Below are positions 42,368-52,345 of a DNA stretch of 64,000 nucleotides, in pieces (the stretch's first letter is position 1; the number at the start of each line of letters is the position of its first letter). The stretch lies in NCBI GenBank assembly GCA_965116495.1, contig OZ220696.1:2144001-2208000 (forward strand), given 5' to 3'. The notes under the pieces are model-generated. The model did no database searches, was not told the DNA's origin, and saw nothing but the letters and a program-made list of their open reading frames with translations. The stretch comes from Gammaproteobacteria bacterium. Lineage in GTDB: Bacteria; Pseudomonadota; Gammaproteobacteria; Eutrophobiales; Eutrophobiaceae. The translations under genes and the position numbers were made by a program.

Positions 42368-43612
42368 ATGACCATGGCACAAACTAAAAGCCCATCAACG
42401 GCGCGCTTTGCGCGCGACCTCGGCGAGGTACGCAAGGAAGTTCTGGCCAGGGTAGAAGCGATACTGCCGGCGCTGGCGGACGCGGCCGCAGACGCGGAAG
42501 CAGAACGTGATCTGACGCCGGAATCCTTCGCTGCCCTGGTCGAATCCGGTGCGCTGCGGCTGTTCGCGCCGCAACGAGCGGGCGGATACGAGGCCGGTTA
42601 CCGGACTTACGTTGACTCGACCGTCCTGTTGGCGCGCGCATGCGGTTCATCGGCGTGGTTTTCCTTCATTCTCAATCATGGGGACTGGCAGACCGGGCAG
42701 ATGAGCGCTGCGGTTCAGGAGCGTGTGTGGGCCGGCAATTCGGCTTCGGCGAAGGTTGCGGTGCCGCTCGCGCCGATGCCTGGCTGGCGCGCCGAGCGAC
42801 ATGACGGCGGCACAACGGTCTCGGGCGACTGGCCGTACTCGTCAGGTAGCTCGCACGTCAGTTGGGCGCTGATCGGTTTTCCGCTGCTGGACGATGACGG
42901 GTCGCAGACAGACAACATGATCGGGCTGGTCAAGACCAGCGGGATCCCGGTCCGCGACACCTGGCATGTTGCCGGTATGGCTGCGACCGGCAGCAACACC
43001 TTTGAAATACAGGATGTTTTTATACCGGACGAGGAAACGACCACCTTGTCCGCAATGATGAGCCACCGGTTTGAAACGCCCCACACCGCTGAAGCGCAAT
43101 ACCAGATGGATTCCGTCGTGGTCTTTCACATCGCGACCCTGGTGCCAGTGGTCAGCCTCGCGAAAGCCGCTCTGGATTTGACCATGGAACGCATCACGAC
43201 GCGTCCTAAACCGATGACTTATACGTTTTATACGGATACCACCAAGTCGGCCGCGACCCAGTTTGCGATGGCGCGCGCAACCTGGTTGATCGAGACGGCA
43301 TTGGAGCAGACGCGCGCCACCGCCGACGCCATCGATGCGCAAGCACTGACGGCGCGTCCGTTCCCGGCGATCGACCGCGCAACGTTTGCCATGCGTTCGG
43401 CACAGGCACATCGCATGTGCCGCGAAGGCGTGGACTTATTACTTGATGTACAGGGCGCAGGCTCTTTCGCTCTTAATAATCCGCTGCAGAGGATCTGGCG
43501 CGACATGCATGTAGCCAGCCGCCACGGTATGTCGGTGCCTGGCATGAAGCAGGAGATGTACGGCCGCGCGTTGCTGGGCGCCGATGAACAGCAGATGACG
43601 CCGATTCGCTAA
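42368..43612 (+). CDS. Acyl-CoA dehydrogenase-like flavin-dependent monooxygenase (HsaA-like)
   Basis: SGDWPYSSG, DTWHVAGMAATGS, NPLQRIWRD. Confidence 0.85.
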   Translation: MTMAQTKSPSTARFARDLGEVRKEVLARVEAILPALADAAADAEAERDLTPESFAALVESGALRLFAPQRAGGYEAGYRTYVDSTVLLARACGSSAWFSFILNHGDWQTGQMSAAVQERVWAGNSASAKVAVPLAPMPGWRAERHDGGTTVSGDWPYSSGSSHVSWALIGFPLLDDDGSQTDNMIGLVKTSGIPVRDTWHVAGMAATGSNTFEIQDVFIPDEETTTLSAMMSHRFETPHTAEAQYQMDSVVVFHIATLVPVVSLAKAALDLTMERITTRPKPMTYTFYTDTTKSAATQFAMARATWLIETALEQTRATADAIDAQALTARPFPAIDRATFAMRSAQAHRMCREGVDLLLDVQGAGSFALNNPLQRIWRDMHVASRHGMSVPGMKQEMYGRALLGADEQQMTPIR

Positions 43613-43972
43613 TCGCGATTTAACGCAGGTATTCACCCAGCTTAAACAGGTCTACGAGTAAAGCAACCTGCCCCGGGACTTGCTGTAACTACACAGATTT
43701 CTCCGTCTCACGCTGGTTGAACAGAAAAAAATTTCGGTCAGGAGACGCACAAACTACCCACTGTCCAGTTATAATGATAACTGCATCAGGTCATCCACTT
43801 GGACGCGACTTTAAGATAGCCCTGGGATACAGCTTGAGCGTGTTTCAATATGTGGTAATACAACTCAGGAATATTATCTTTCCTGCCGGTACTTTAATTG
43901 ATTAAAGGAGGCAATGGCTCGACGCCTATTGTCGGTATTTCAATTATTGTTGTTTTGTCTATAGGGGTTGAT

Positions 43973-44266
43973 ATGAAATATCTCATTCTACTGATGCTTC
44001 TGTATATTCCACTCGTTCATTCGGCTGATTATCGCAAAGAAATTATGGATTATATGATTAATCCTTGCTTCAAACAAACCATGAAAAGAGAAGGACTGGA
44101 TCCAAATAATCCACAATTATTGAATTCATATATTGACACATATGGGAAGCGTATTATGGATAATGTTGAGATATTACAACTAACTTTAGAACAATATCAT
44201 CCGTCTTATCCAGAACGCCAAGAATTATATCAAATTGGATTACGCAGTTGTCTAGATGGGTTTTAA
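43973..44266 (+). CDS. Small secreted hypothetical protein
   Basis: Signal peptide MKYLILLMLLYIPLVHS; two Cys. Confidence 0.55.
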   Translation: MKYLILLMLLYIPLVHSADYRKEIMDYMINPCFKQTMKREGLDPNNPQLLNSYIDTYGKRIMDNVEILQLTLEQYHPSYPERQELYQIGLRSCLDGF

Positions 44267-44389
44267 TGGAAGTATGGCCGAAAGAAAACCCGGCTAAACT
44301 ACACCTGACTGATATGGCCCACTACCTTGGCTAGAGGTTTGAATCTGACGAGAAGGATGTTCGCGTGATTGACAACAAAAGAACCACAA

Positions 44390-44956
44390 ATGAATAGAAA
44401 TATCATAGGAATAATTATAGCGCTGGTTGCTATATACATCTTTGCTACACCTTATATCACTGTGTACCGGATGGATATCGCCAACCAGAATCATGATGGA
44501 GATGCGCTATCCAAGTATATTGATTTCCCAGCATTGCGGCAAAGCATGAAAGACCAGATAAACGCGCAGCTACCAATCCTAATGACAAAAGAGGGGTTGG
44601 ACGATAATCCATTCACTCCTTTAGGAATCCTGTTGGCGAGCACGTTGATAGAAAAAATAATTGACACACGCATTACTTCGTCCGGAATTGTGGAGTCAAT
44701 GAAAAATATCCCTGACACATATGATGGTATTCTAAATGTTGACATTGACCTTTCAGATGCGTCTGCAGATGTTTTAAAGTCGTACGAATCTTTCAGCAAA
44801 TTTTCTGTAACCAGAACCGTTAAGGATACTGAATTGAACGATGATATAGTAATAAAATATTATTTAAGCCGTAGAGGATTAAACTGGAAATTAACTGAGA
44901 TTATACTCCCCCTGGCAGAATGGCAATCAGCGCTTGAACCAGTTCTCAGATTTTAA
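44390..44956 (+). CDS. DUF2939-like membrane-anchored protein
   Basis: TPYIT..DALSKYIDFPALRQSMKDQ..RRGLNWKLTEI. Confidence 0.7.
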   Translation: MNRNIIGIIIALVAIYIFATPYITVYRMDIANQNHDGDALSKYIDFPALRQSMKDQINAQLPILMTKEGLDDNPFTPLGILLASTLIEKIIDTRITSSGIVESMKNIPDTYDGILNVDIDLSDASADVLKSYESFSKFSVTRTVKDTELNDDIVIKYYLSRRGLNWKLTEIILPLAEWQSALEPVLRF

Positions 44957-45035
44957 AGCAGAAAAAAAGAAAAGAAGATATTGAACATTTAAATGTTGTT
45001 TCTGGTCTCTATAATAAGAAAAAAGGGTAACCATC

Positions 45036-45278
45036 ATGAATCGAATATTTCTGATTATTGGGCTTTTATTGACTCCACCACATATATTGGCCGATCCGGA
45101 TGACAAGGCCGATATTCCTGTTGACCTGATTGTCAAAGACCGTTCACAATTGACAATAACCAAAATGCGGGGTGGCTCTGATACCAGAAAAACCTACAGA
45201 GCTTGTGACCGGGATAAATGTTCGTATTTCACTGTACGGACGTACAGTGACGGAACCCAAGCCGTATATCCTCATTAA
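45036..45278 (+). CDS. Small secreted hypothetical protein
   Basis: Signal-peptide-like N-terminus, CDRDKC. Confidence 0.45.
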   Translation: MNRIFLIIGLLLTPPHILADPDDKADIPVDLIVKDRSQLTITKMRGGSDTRKTYRACDRDKCSYFTVRTYSDGTQAVYPH

Positions 45279-45349
45279 TTTTACATTTATTTCTAAACCG
45301 CACTCCAATCCATTCATTGGCGCCGATTACACACACATCAGGAAATAGC

Positions 45350-45751
45350 ATGTTTAATCGTATTAAGTACGAAGATTTAAATTCTCGACAGAAGAAGAAA
45401 GACTACAATTTTCAAAAACTCGCATCCAGACTCGTCGATTACGGTTTCAACTGTTTACGACTCAGCGAGCAGGGAGCAGACTTTATCGCTCATCATATAG
45501 ATGGTAGTACTTTTATCAGAGGCACACTAACAGGGCGGTTAAGTATTGATAAGAAATACAACGGGAAAGATATCTATATTGCCTTTAATGAGAACAGCCG
45601 ATGGTATATTTATCCCCATGATAAATTACAGGATGAACTGCTTGATATGGGCTACATGTCCGGGACTGTATCGTGGGATATCCGTGGTATATACAACTGG
45701 CCAGGGCTTACTAAAAGACTGGTAGAACACATGGAGCAGTATGCAATTTAG
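45350..45751 (+). CDS. PD-(D/E)XK-fold hypothetical protein, possibly inactivated
   Basis: LNSRQ..YNFQK..DYGFNCLRL..GADFIA pattern. Confidence 0.5.
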   Translation: MFNRIKYEDLNSRQKKKDYNFQKLASRLVDYGFNCLRLSEQGADFIAHHIDGSTFIRGTLTGRLSIDKKYNGKDIYIAFNENSRWYIYPHDKLQDELLDMGYMSGTVSWDIRGIYNWPGLTKRLVEHMEQYAI

Positions 45752-45775
45752 AAGGTATCCGGGTTGGCGTTGAAA

Positions 45776-45800
45776 ATACGGCCAGGGACGTAATAGTACT
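45776..45800 (-). repeat. tRNA-Phe 3'-end copy (att-like junction 3)
   Basis: atacggccagggacgtaatagtact. Confidence 0.7.
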
Positions 45801-46055
45801 GCTTTTATAACTTAGGAAGCTCTGTTTTTGTCAGAGGTTCCCTTGTTGACTTATCGAATTCCTTATTATCGTTAACCTGCTTACCCAACAATTTAACCAA
45901 GAAAATATCCAGATGTATTGCTGGTCTCATGCCGCACTTGTACGGCGGGTTGCTCGCCAGAGTTATTGTTTGGGCAGAGTCTCACTATTACTTGATTTTT
46001 ACGGTCATATCAGCTATTTTTACATTATACTGCGTCATAAATATTGAGGTTCTAT

Positions 46056-46406
46056 ATGAAATTTCAGGAATTCGTTGAAGATCAGGTTTTCTCACCCACG
46101 CTCGTCGCCACCGCGTTGCGTACAACCAGGAGTGAGATTGCCCATACACTGGGGCTGGGTCAGGACGCGTTCTCGCGCAGTTCCCGCATCCGGGCGAGGA
46201 AGACACAGACACGGTTGCGTCAGATGCTCGAAATTCTCCATCGGGTATCGACCCATACAGGTTCCGACCTGGCGGCCTATGCCTGGTTTCGCGCAGAGCC
46301 ATTATCCGGCTTTGGTGGTATGACCCCCGACCAACTGGTGCGGGAAGGCAAGGCTGATGATGTCCACGCTCATCTCGACCGAATCATGGCCGGCGGTTAC
46401 GCTTGA
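46056..46406 (+). CDS. Xre/MbcA/ParS-type antitoxin
   Basis: AYAWFRAEPLSGFGGMTPDQLV; upstream of RES gene. Confidence 0.85.
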   Translation: MKFQEFVEDQVFSPTLVATALRTTRSEIAHTLGLGQDAFSRSSRIRARKTQTRLRQMLEILHRVSTHTGSDLAAYAWFRAEPLSGFGGMTPDQLVREGKADDVHAHLDRIMAGGYA

Positions 46407-46421
46407 TACGTCGTCCTGCTG

Positions 46422-46934
46422 ATGCGTTTTTGCGGCCTCGTCTATCGCGCGCATAACCCGCGGTGGACCTGGGACGCGACTTCCGGAGAAGGGGCGCGCC
46501 GCCATGGGGGGCGCTTTAACCGAATAGGGGTCCCGGCACTTTATACGTCCCTGTCACCTGTCACAGCCATGAGAGAGGCCAGCCAGATAGGGCGGCCATT
46601 GCAGCCGATCACGCTGTGCGCCTACGAGGTCGATGCAGAGCCTGTATTCGATGTGTTGGACCCGTCAGAGCGGGAGGCACTGGGAGTAAAGACAGATGAC
46701 TTTTGTTGCCAATACTGGGAACGGGAAATGCTGGCGGGTATCTTACCGGCGTCGCAGCTTCTCGCCGACCGGCTGATTGCAGCCGGCTATATGGGTATGC
46801 GTGTTCAAAGTTTCGTACCGGGAGCCGGAACGGATGATCTCAACCTGGTATTCTGGCGCTGGGGCGACCACGGACCAGGCAAAGTGGTCCTCATAGATGA
46901 CGAGGAGCGTCTCCCAAAAAATACAGATGGGTGA
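46422..46934 (+). CDS. RES-domain toxin
   Basis: VYRAH, GGRFN, ALYTS, AMRE, VQSF. Confidence 0.88.
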   Translation: MRFCGLVYRAHNPRWTWDATSGEGARRHGGRFNRIGVPALYTSLSPVTAMREASQIGRPLQPITLCAYEVDAEPVFDVLDPSEREALGVKTDDFCCQYWEREMLAGILPASQLLADRLIAAGYMGMRVQSFVPGAGTDDLNLVFWRWGDHGPGKVVLIDDEERLPKNTDG

Positions 46935-46949
46935 CTCGGAGTTTCGCAC

Positions 46950-47172
46950 TGCTTCCCGTTCATCCCGTCTCAACCTTCAATATCGGGTAATTTACGGAAT
47001 CGAAGGCGAGAACCTTATGGTCCAGGTGGTGGAAGTGACTGCCCATGATTACAGGAAAAAGGGCGCTCCGCTGCCATCCCGCAGCGCTGGTATTTCCTAA
47101 TTGGGATATAGAATCGGAAATTGCCGCATAGCCGCTTTATCCTAATTCGCGGTACAGCATCGGGTCAAACAG
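46950..47172 (+). pseudogene. Decayed, internally deleted duplicate of the RelE-like/XRE pair at 53391-53935
   Basis: Near-identical to 53560-53668 joined directly to 53864-53977. Confidence 0.85.
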
Positions 47173-47218
47173 CGCTGCCTGACGGAACCTCCTGATAATG
47201 GCGCAGTACAGGGCCAGA

Positions 47219-47244
47219 AAGTATGGCCAGGGGCAGAATAGTAC
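47219..47244 (-). repeat. tRNA-Phe 3'-end copy (att-like junction 2)
   Basis: aagtatggccaggggcagaatagtac. Confidence 0.7.
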
Positions 47245-47259
47245 CGAGCATAAATAGGG

Positions 47260-48489
47260 TTATACCAGGTAGCGCAGAAACTCCTCCGCACTGATTATCA
47301 GCACTTTATAGTTTCCCAACTTAACGATATCAAATACATTCGGTTTTTTCACAACCTGAAACGCGTACGGGCATTTGAGTTGCGGCAAAAACACTTTCCA
47401 GTTTTGCGATAATTTTTCCTGGTTCAGTTTTACTTCCACCGGAAACCAGGGCTTGTTGTTCCTTAACAGGAGAAAATCGATTTCCTTCTTTTCCTTGTTC
47501 CTGAGATAGCGCAGTTCATAGCTGCCAACACCTGTATCAGTCAGGTAATCACAATATTTCAACAGGTGCAATGCAACCAGGTTTTCAAAGCGGGATGCCT
47601 CATTTTCCACCTCGCTCCAATCCCAGAGGTACAGTTTTCCCTCTTTTTTTATGGAGCGGGACAGGGATTTTGAATAGGGCTTGACCTCAAAGAAATAATA
47701 CAATTCGTTCAGATACTGCAACCAGCGCCTGACCGTGGTATAGGCTACCTCAAGGTCTTCACTCAATGAGGTTATGCTCAACGGGTTAGCTGCTCGCTCC
47801 GGCAACAGACTAGCCAGCATTTCCACCTGGCTTAACTCCGGCAGCCGGCTCAGGTCGCGCAAGTCCTCCCTGATTATTCTCTCAACCCGGTTACGCCGCC
47901 ACAGGTTCAGGGTTCTATCCGTTCCGGCCAACAAAGGCTCTGGAAACGGTCCAAACCGAAGCAACAAAGGCAGGTAATCCTTGGCTCTCCCGCTGATTTT
48001 AATGGAACGTTCGAACACTGCATGCACCAGGTCAGGAGCGGCAATCCCGGGCTTCCTGCGAAGCATTTCATGCATTGAGAATGGATGCAGGCGCAGGTGA
48101 TAATATCTCCCCAGCAAGCTGTCACTACCCTTCCGGTAGATATTCAGGCGCGCGCTGCCGGTCACCAGTATATCGCAGGGCATGTCCAGGGTATCGTAAA
48201 CGCCTTTGAGGTTTTTCTTCCAGAATTTTGCCTTGTGCAGTTCATCGAGAACGATTAACGGTCTGGCATCATCCTGCACGGCAGGCGGGATTATGCCGCT
48301 CGGATCTTTGGTCCAAAGACGGCGGAACTTAATCTCGTCCCAGTTGTAATAAGCGCCGGTTTTGTACTGTTTTAAAATGCGCTTGGCCAATGTGGTCTTG
48401 CCACATTGCCTGGCGCCGGACATGAAGGCCATTTTCCCGGTTTGAAAACAGACCTCATTGAGTATATTTTCCAGGTAACGCTCTTTCAT
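47260..48489 (-). CDS. AAA_14/DUF4143 ATPase with C-terminal nuclease-like motif
   Basis: GARQCGKT, LDELHK, VTGSA, KLYLWD, EIDF..VEVK. Confidence 0.85.
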   Translation of the reverse strand: MKERYLENILNEVCFQTGKMAFMSGARQCGKTTLAKRILKQYKTGAYYNWDEIKFRRLWTKDPSGIIPPAVQDDARPLIVLDELHKAKFWKKNLKGVYDTLDMPCDILVTGSARLNIYRKGSDSLLGRYYHLRLHPFSMHEMLRRKPGIAAPDLVHAVFERSIKISGRAKDYLPLLLRFGPFPEPLLAGTDRTLNLWRRNRVERIIREDLRDLSRLPELSQVEMLASLLPERAANPLSITSLSEDLEVAYTTVRRWLQYLNELYYFFEVKPYSKSLSRSIKKEGKLYLWDWSEVENEASRFENLVALHLLKYCDYLTDTGVGSYELRYLRNKEKKEIDFLLLRNNKPWFPVEVKLNQEKLSQNWKVFLPQLKCPYAFQVVKKPNVFDIVKLGNYKVLIISAEEFLRYLV

Positions 48490-48493
48490 TATA

Positions 48494-48575
48494 TGACTAT
48501 TTTAGCGACTGACGCCAAAATGGTCAACTCCTGCCGGGGCATCTGGCCATTTTATTGATTGCCGAGAAAATAGTC
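48494..48575. promoter_or_regulatory. Two GAC(C/T)ATTTT-N13-AAAAT(G/A)GTC-type inverted repeats over the ATPase promoter
   Basis: 48494-48526 and 48545-48575; minus-strand TTGACC-17-TAAAAT. Confidence 0.55.
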
Positions 48576-48579
48576 GTCT

Positions 48580-48790
48580 GTATTCCTTTGTCACCGATGC
48601 CTTGGAAACCGGGGATGCTGTGTACATAGCCAAGGCGATGGGGGTGGCAACTCGCGCCAAGGGCATGACGGAAATTGCCCGGGAGATAGGACTGTCACGC
48701 GAACAGCTTTACCGCTCTTTCAGTGAGAAAGGGAATCCAAGACTGAAAACCATGCTTGCCCTTAACATATCCTTCAAACTGGTGATGCCA
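48580..48790 (+). pseudogene. Truncated addiction-module antidote (HI1420-like)
   Basis: ALETGD..RAKGMTEIAREIGLSREQLYRSFSEKGNP; no N-terminus or partner toxin. Confidence 0.65.
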
Positions 48791-48852
48791 CGACTTCTGA
48801 CGAATCTTTACAAATCCATTAGCTTGAAGAATTTTCAAAAAGTCACGGTATT

Positions 48853-49182
48853 TCAAGCCTCACAATGAATCAGGAATCCGGCACAATCCCTGTCATTTCC
48901 CCTGTTTTTGAAGAGCGTTGTTATCAGCAATATCAGAATAAACTTCATGCGAAGATTGAAAGGGACTTTGCGCGTTAAAAACCGGCGCTGTTCCTCTTTC
49001 GGTAAATTCCTGACATAATCCAGATACATTGAGATAGCTTCATTCAGTTCCTTGTAAACTTCATCAAAGCTCCCTCCCTGAACTGCCAAATCAAAATCCA
49101 GACAGAACGCTTCCCAATGTCCCAGTCTGCCTTCTGCATAACACCAGATGGCTTTGTTCATGTTAATCCCGGATTCTGTCAT
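48853..49182 (-). CDS. HicB-like orphan antitoxin-fold protein
   Basis: WEAFCLDFDLAVQGGSFDEV..LNEAISMY; GGAGG RBS. Confidence 0.6.
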   Translation of the reverse strand: MTESGINMNKAIWCYAEGRLGHWEAFCLDFDLAVQGGSFDEVYKELNEAISMYLDYVRNLPKEEQRRFLTRKVPFNLRMKFILILLITTLFKNRGNDRDCAGFLIHCEA

Positions 49183-49448
49183 TTCATCACCTCCCCGTTC
49201 ACCAGGCCAGCTAGCCACACATCTTGTGCGTTATATTATCAGCGTAATGGCTAAATGGGCATATGTGATGAATAATTTATTGACAAACCCCATTACAATC
49301 TGGCGTGAGCGGCGCCATACTCCCGGACTTATCCATTTTATTGACAAACCCTCTTACGACTTGGTGTGAGGGGAGGCTGTTTCAGGGCTTAGGACACGCT
49401 TTTGACGACGAAAATCATCGATCCGTATATTGCGCCTTCTTCATGCAG

Positions 49449-49745
49449 TTAATTTGCAGCCTGTACGTGTAATTTTACTCCCAGGGCCTTGATGATCTTT
49501 ATCACTGTCGTAAAGGACGGATTGCCCTCCGATGACAACGCCTTGTACAACCCCTGCCGTGTCATCCCGGCGCTTTCTGCCAACCTGCCCATGCCTTTTG
49601 CGCGGGCAATATTATTCAACGCGGTACGGATCAGGGCGCCATCACCGCTGTCTTCTTCCATACACGCGTCAAGATACAAGGCCATATCTTCTTCGGTATC
49701 AAGATAATCGATCACATCCCATCGGGTCAGTTTTACCTCAGCCAT
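49449..49745 (-). CDS. Addiction module antidote protein (HI1420 family)
   Basis: WDVIDYLDTEED..ARAKGM..GLYKALSSEGNPSF. Confidence 0.88.
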   Translation of the reverse strand: MAEVKLTRWDVIDYLDTEEDMALYLDACMEEDSGDGALIRTALNNIARAKGMGRLAESAGMTRQGLYKALSSEGNPSFTTVIKIIKALGVKLHVQAAN

Positions 49746-50035
49746 GTTTGTACCTCCTCGGCTGTTTCAAGCGCGTGTTCAATGTCTTTGTTTTGTGTTT
49801 TTTTTGTGCCGCCACCCAACAGGACGATAATTTCAGTCCCTGATCGGATAAAATATATACGGTATCCGGGACCATAGTGGATGCGCATTTCAGCAACACC
49901 TTTACCTACCGCTCGGCAATCACCCAGGTTACCTTGTTGGACATTTTCCAGACGCGCCGCGATTTTCGCTTTTGCTCGCCTGTCCCGCAATCCTCTGAGC
50001 CATTTGCCAAAGACTTCCGTTGTCTGAATCAACAT
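49733..50035 (-). CDS. Addiction module killer protein (HI1419/RelE family)
   Basis: WLRGLRD..GNLGD..EMRIHYGPGYRIYF..LLGGG; palindrome gtaaactatagttgac upstream. Confidence 0.88.
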   Translation of the reverse strand: MLIQTTEVFGKWLRGLRDRRAKAKIAARLENVQQGNLGDCRAVGKGVAEMRIHYGPGYRIYFIRSGTEIIVLLGGGTKKTQNKDIEHALETAEEVQTWLR

Positions 50036-50218
50036 GGCGCTATAGTAAACTATAGTTGACACTAACGCCAATGCTTTTCTGGGGGCAGTGTGGGGTCAGA
50101 CCAGACCTGATTAGATAGTAATGTCGTCGTACAAGCATGAGAATCTTAAAACCCCGATTTTGATTGCAAAATGGGGAGTCTAAGGGGCAATATCAGGCGT
50201 GGGCGGTCATGGGGAAGT

Positions 50219-51097
50219 TTAGGAGTAAAATTCAGCGGGGTTTAACAACCTGCCCCAGCAGGGACATGGCGGATTCAGATGCCGACCAGTGTTTACCATA
50301 ATTTTGCCAATAGTCATACGCCTGGTCGGGGCCTCCAAGACTTGCTGTGACAGTCTGTGACCCCATAACCGGCGCAGCCGATCTTCTTTTACAACGACGT
50401 TCTGCATTACGTCTTCTATTGTGCGATGCCGGAATGCCAGCTTGGATTCCAGTTCCGGCATTATGTCTGCAAGTTCAGAGTCATGGTGATTCAGCAAATA
50501 CCACAGATCGTACAGGTCTCTGGGTTCATTGCGGGCACGGTCACTCAGCGCCACAATTTTCTCGACCATTATTTCATTGAGGCTATAGGTCAAAATGGTA
50601 GCCCCCTCCGGCAGATCATTGAACATATCGTATTGACGGAGAATTGGTCTTTCCTGTAATGGGAAACAGATTTTTTCGGTTAATGTGAAATCGACTTTCA
50701 CACTGTTCTTTGCGGGCAAGGGGCCTTGGTACTGCAGATAAAAGGTATAGTTGTTCCTGCCTGGTCGGCTGTCTTTTTGATCAAATTCAATATGCACGCC
50801 ACTGGCTGCTCTTACAGCATTATGAATATCCCCGAACCCTGTCATGATATCTTCAATGCCGAGGGGTTCAATCAGGGTAAAATCCATGTCCTCTGAAAAC
50901 CGGTAACCATCAAACCAGCAACGCCTTAACGCCGTCCCGCCCTTGAATGCCAGTTTTTCACGCAATGGGTGATTGCTCAAGCCGGACAGAAACCATGCCA
51001 GCACATAGTCTCGTTCAATGACGGCCTCAGGCAATCGCCTTTTGTTGTCTGTTACCAACGAATTTGTGATGAGCGAAATATTTCGTTGCGGAATCAT
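50219..51097 (-). CDS. AbiEii-family nucleotidyltransferase toxin (type IV TA)
   Basis: IERDY, FKGGTAL, RFSEDMDF, EKIVAL..RDLYD; TGATG coupling with abiEi. Confidence 0.88.
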   Translation of the reverse strand: MIPQRNISLITNSLVTDNKRRLPEAVIERDYVLAWFLSGLSNHPLREKLAFKGGTALRRCWFDGYRFSEDMDFTLIEPLGIEDIMTGFGDIHNAVRAASGVHIEFDQKDSRPGRNNYTFYLQYQGPLPAKNSVKVDFTLTEKICFPLQERPILRQYDMFNDLPEGATILTYSLNEIMVEKIVALSDRARNEPRDLYDLWYLLNHHDSELADIMPELESKLAFRHRTIEDVMQNVVVKEDRLRRLWGHRLSQQVLEAPTRRMTIGKIMVNTGRHLNPPCPCWGRLLNPAEFYS

Positions 51098-51933
51098 CAG
51101 CCAAACCTCACGGCATCTATCTCTTCGGGCGGCACGTTCAGTTGCAGGCGCCAACGAGCCAGGTGTTTTCCTTCGGCCGGCAGCAACGGGTCAAGGCGCT
51201 GGTACGTGTTCGTCAACAGGCTGCGCAGGTACTCAAGCGTACTGGCATTCGCCATCTCATAACGCTCAAGCAGGTAGCCGAGTCGACGAACGACGACGCC
51301 CGCGCCCAGACGGGAGGCATACTCCACCAGACGCTCCACATTCAATGCTTCACGCTGCATCCACATGCCTTTGCCGACTTCCGTGATGCCGCCCACATGG
51401 GCCGGGTGCCGTAAACCGTCAATAATGGTCCGCTCCATATCACTGACAATCACATGGCGATGCTTGTCCACCCAGTGCTTCGTTGTACCGAAAAACTGCT
51501 CGTCGGTGATATGAATGAATTTGAACGGGAACCCGCCAACAGTCTGGGGGCGCAGCCGTTTCGTACATGACACATGCAAGGTCAGGACCGGTTGCGTCAC
51601 CATGCGATGGATCTCAAGCGCGGAGCCGTGTGAGATGAAGTAACTGTTTGGCTGCACTATTTCCTGTGCGATGATATAGGGGTTGTCAACATGCTCACTG
51701 GCCCGACCCAGTTGAAACGGGACCAGATTGTACAGCCCGGGTTTCAGACGCGTCACCAGGCCGCGCTGGACCGCCTTGTGCACCAGGTTGCTGGCCGCCT
51801 GTGGAGACAAACCGGTGATGGATATCACATCATCAAGCGCAAACGTTGATCTGTCCCGCTCATTCAACTCAGTGATCATCTGAGCAGCCCGAGGTCCAAG
51901 TGTCTTGAATTTTGAATTATATCGAGAGTTCAT
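51097..51933 (-). CDS. AbiEi-family antitoxin/regulator
   Basis: wHTH N-terminus RLKPGLY, YFISHGSAL, SDMERTIID, RRLGYL. Confidence 0.85.
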   Translation of the reverse strand: MNSRYNSKFKTLGPRAAQMITELNERDRSTFALDDVISITGLSPQAASNLVHKAVQRGLVTRLKPGLYNLVPFQLGRASEHVDNPYIIAQEIVQPNSYFISHGSALEIHRMVTQPVLTLHVSCTKRLRPQTVGGFPFKFIHITDEQFFGTTKHWVDKHRHVIVSDMERTIIDGLRHPAHVGGITEVGKGMWMQREALNVERLVEYASRLGAGVVVRRLGYLLERYEMANASTLEYLRSLLTNTYQRLDPLLPAEGKHLARWRLQLNVPPEEIDAVRFG

Positions 51934-52345
51934 ATTCTATCCCAAAGAAGATATATTATGCGTATATAATATAATAATAATTATATAAATTGTCAATAAT
52001 ATTACCTTTTAGATAATATATGCACCATATATTATAACTTATACCTGTCGTGTGCGTGTGCCAGGCGGTTGAAGCGCTGACACGGTATTGAAAAAAGCAG
52101 GCCCGGCCAATTTTTCGAGGACTTCCTGAAAGAACAAAGATTAATGCCGTTTACTATTTCATTGTCCCAACATCTGTCCCAACATTTTTTCCGATATGAA
52201 ACTGCATCTCTGCGGAGGCGATATGTAATCTTCGTGAGGATTTGTAACTCATTGTATTAATGGTAATTATCGAATTTTTCGATGTTTCCTGATACTACTC
52301 AGACCCTGGCTTGATCCCAATCAGGAATCATCTATAATGACTCCT

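Noticed and set aside
52088-52142. FEDFLKEQ-like remnant of an HTH antitoxin start
   Set aside because: Too short and frameshifted to support without a search.
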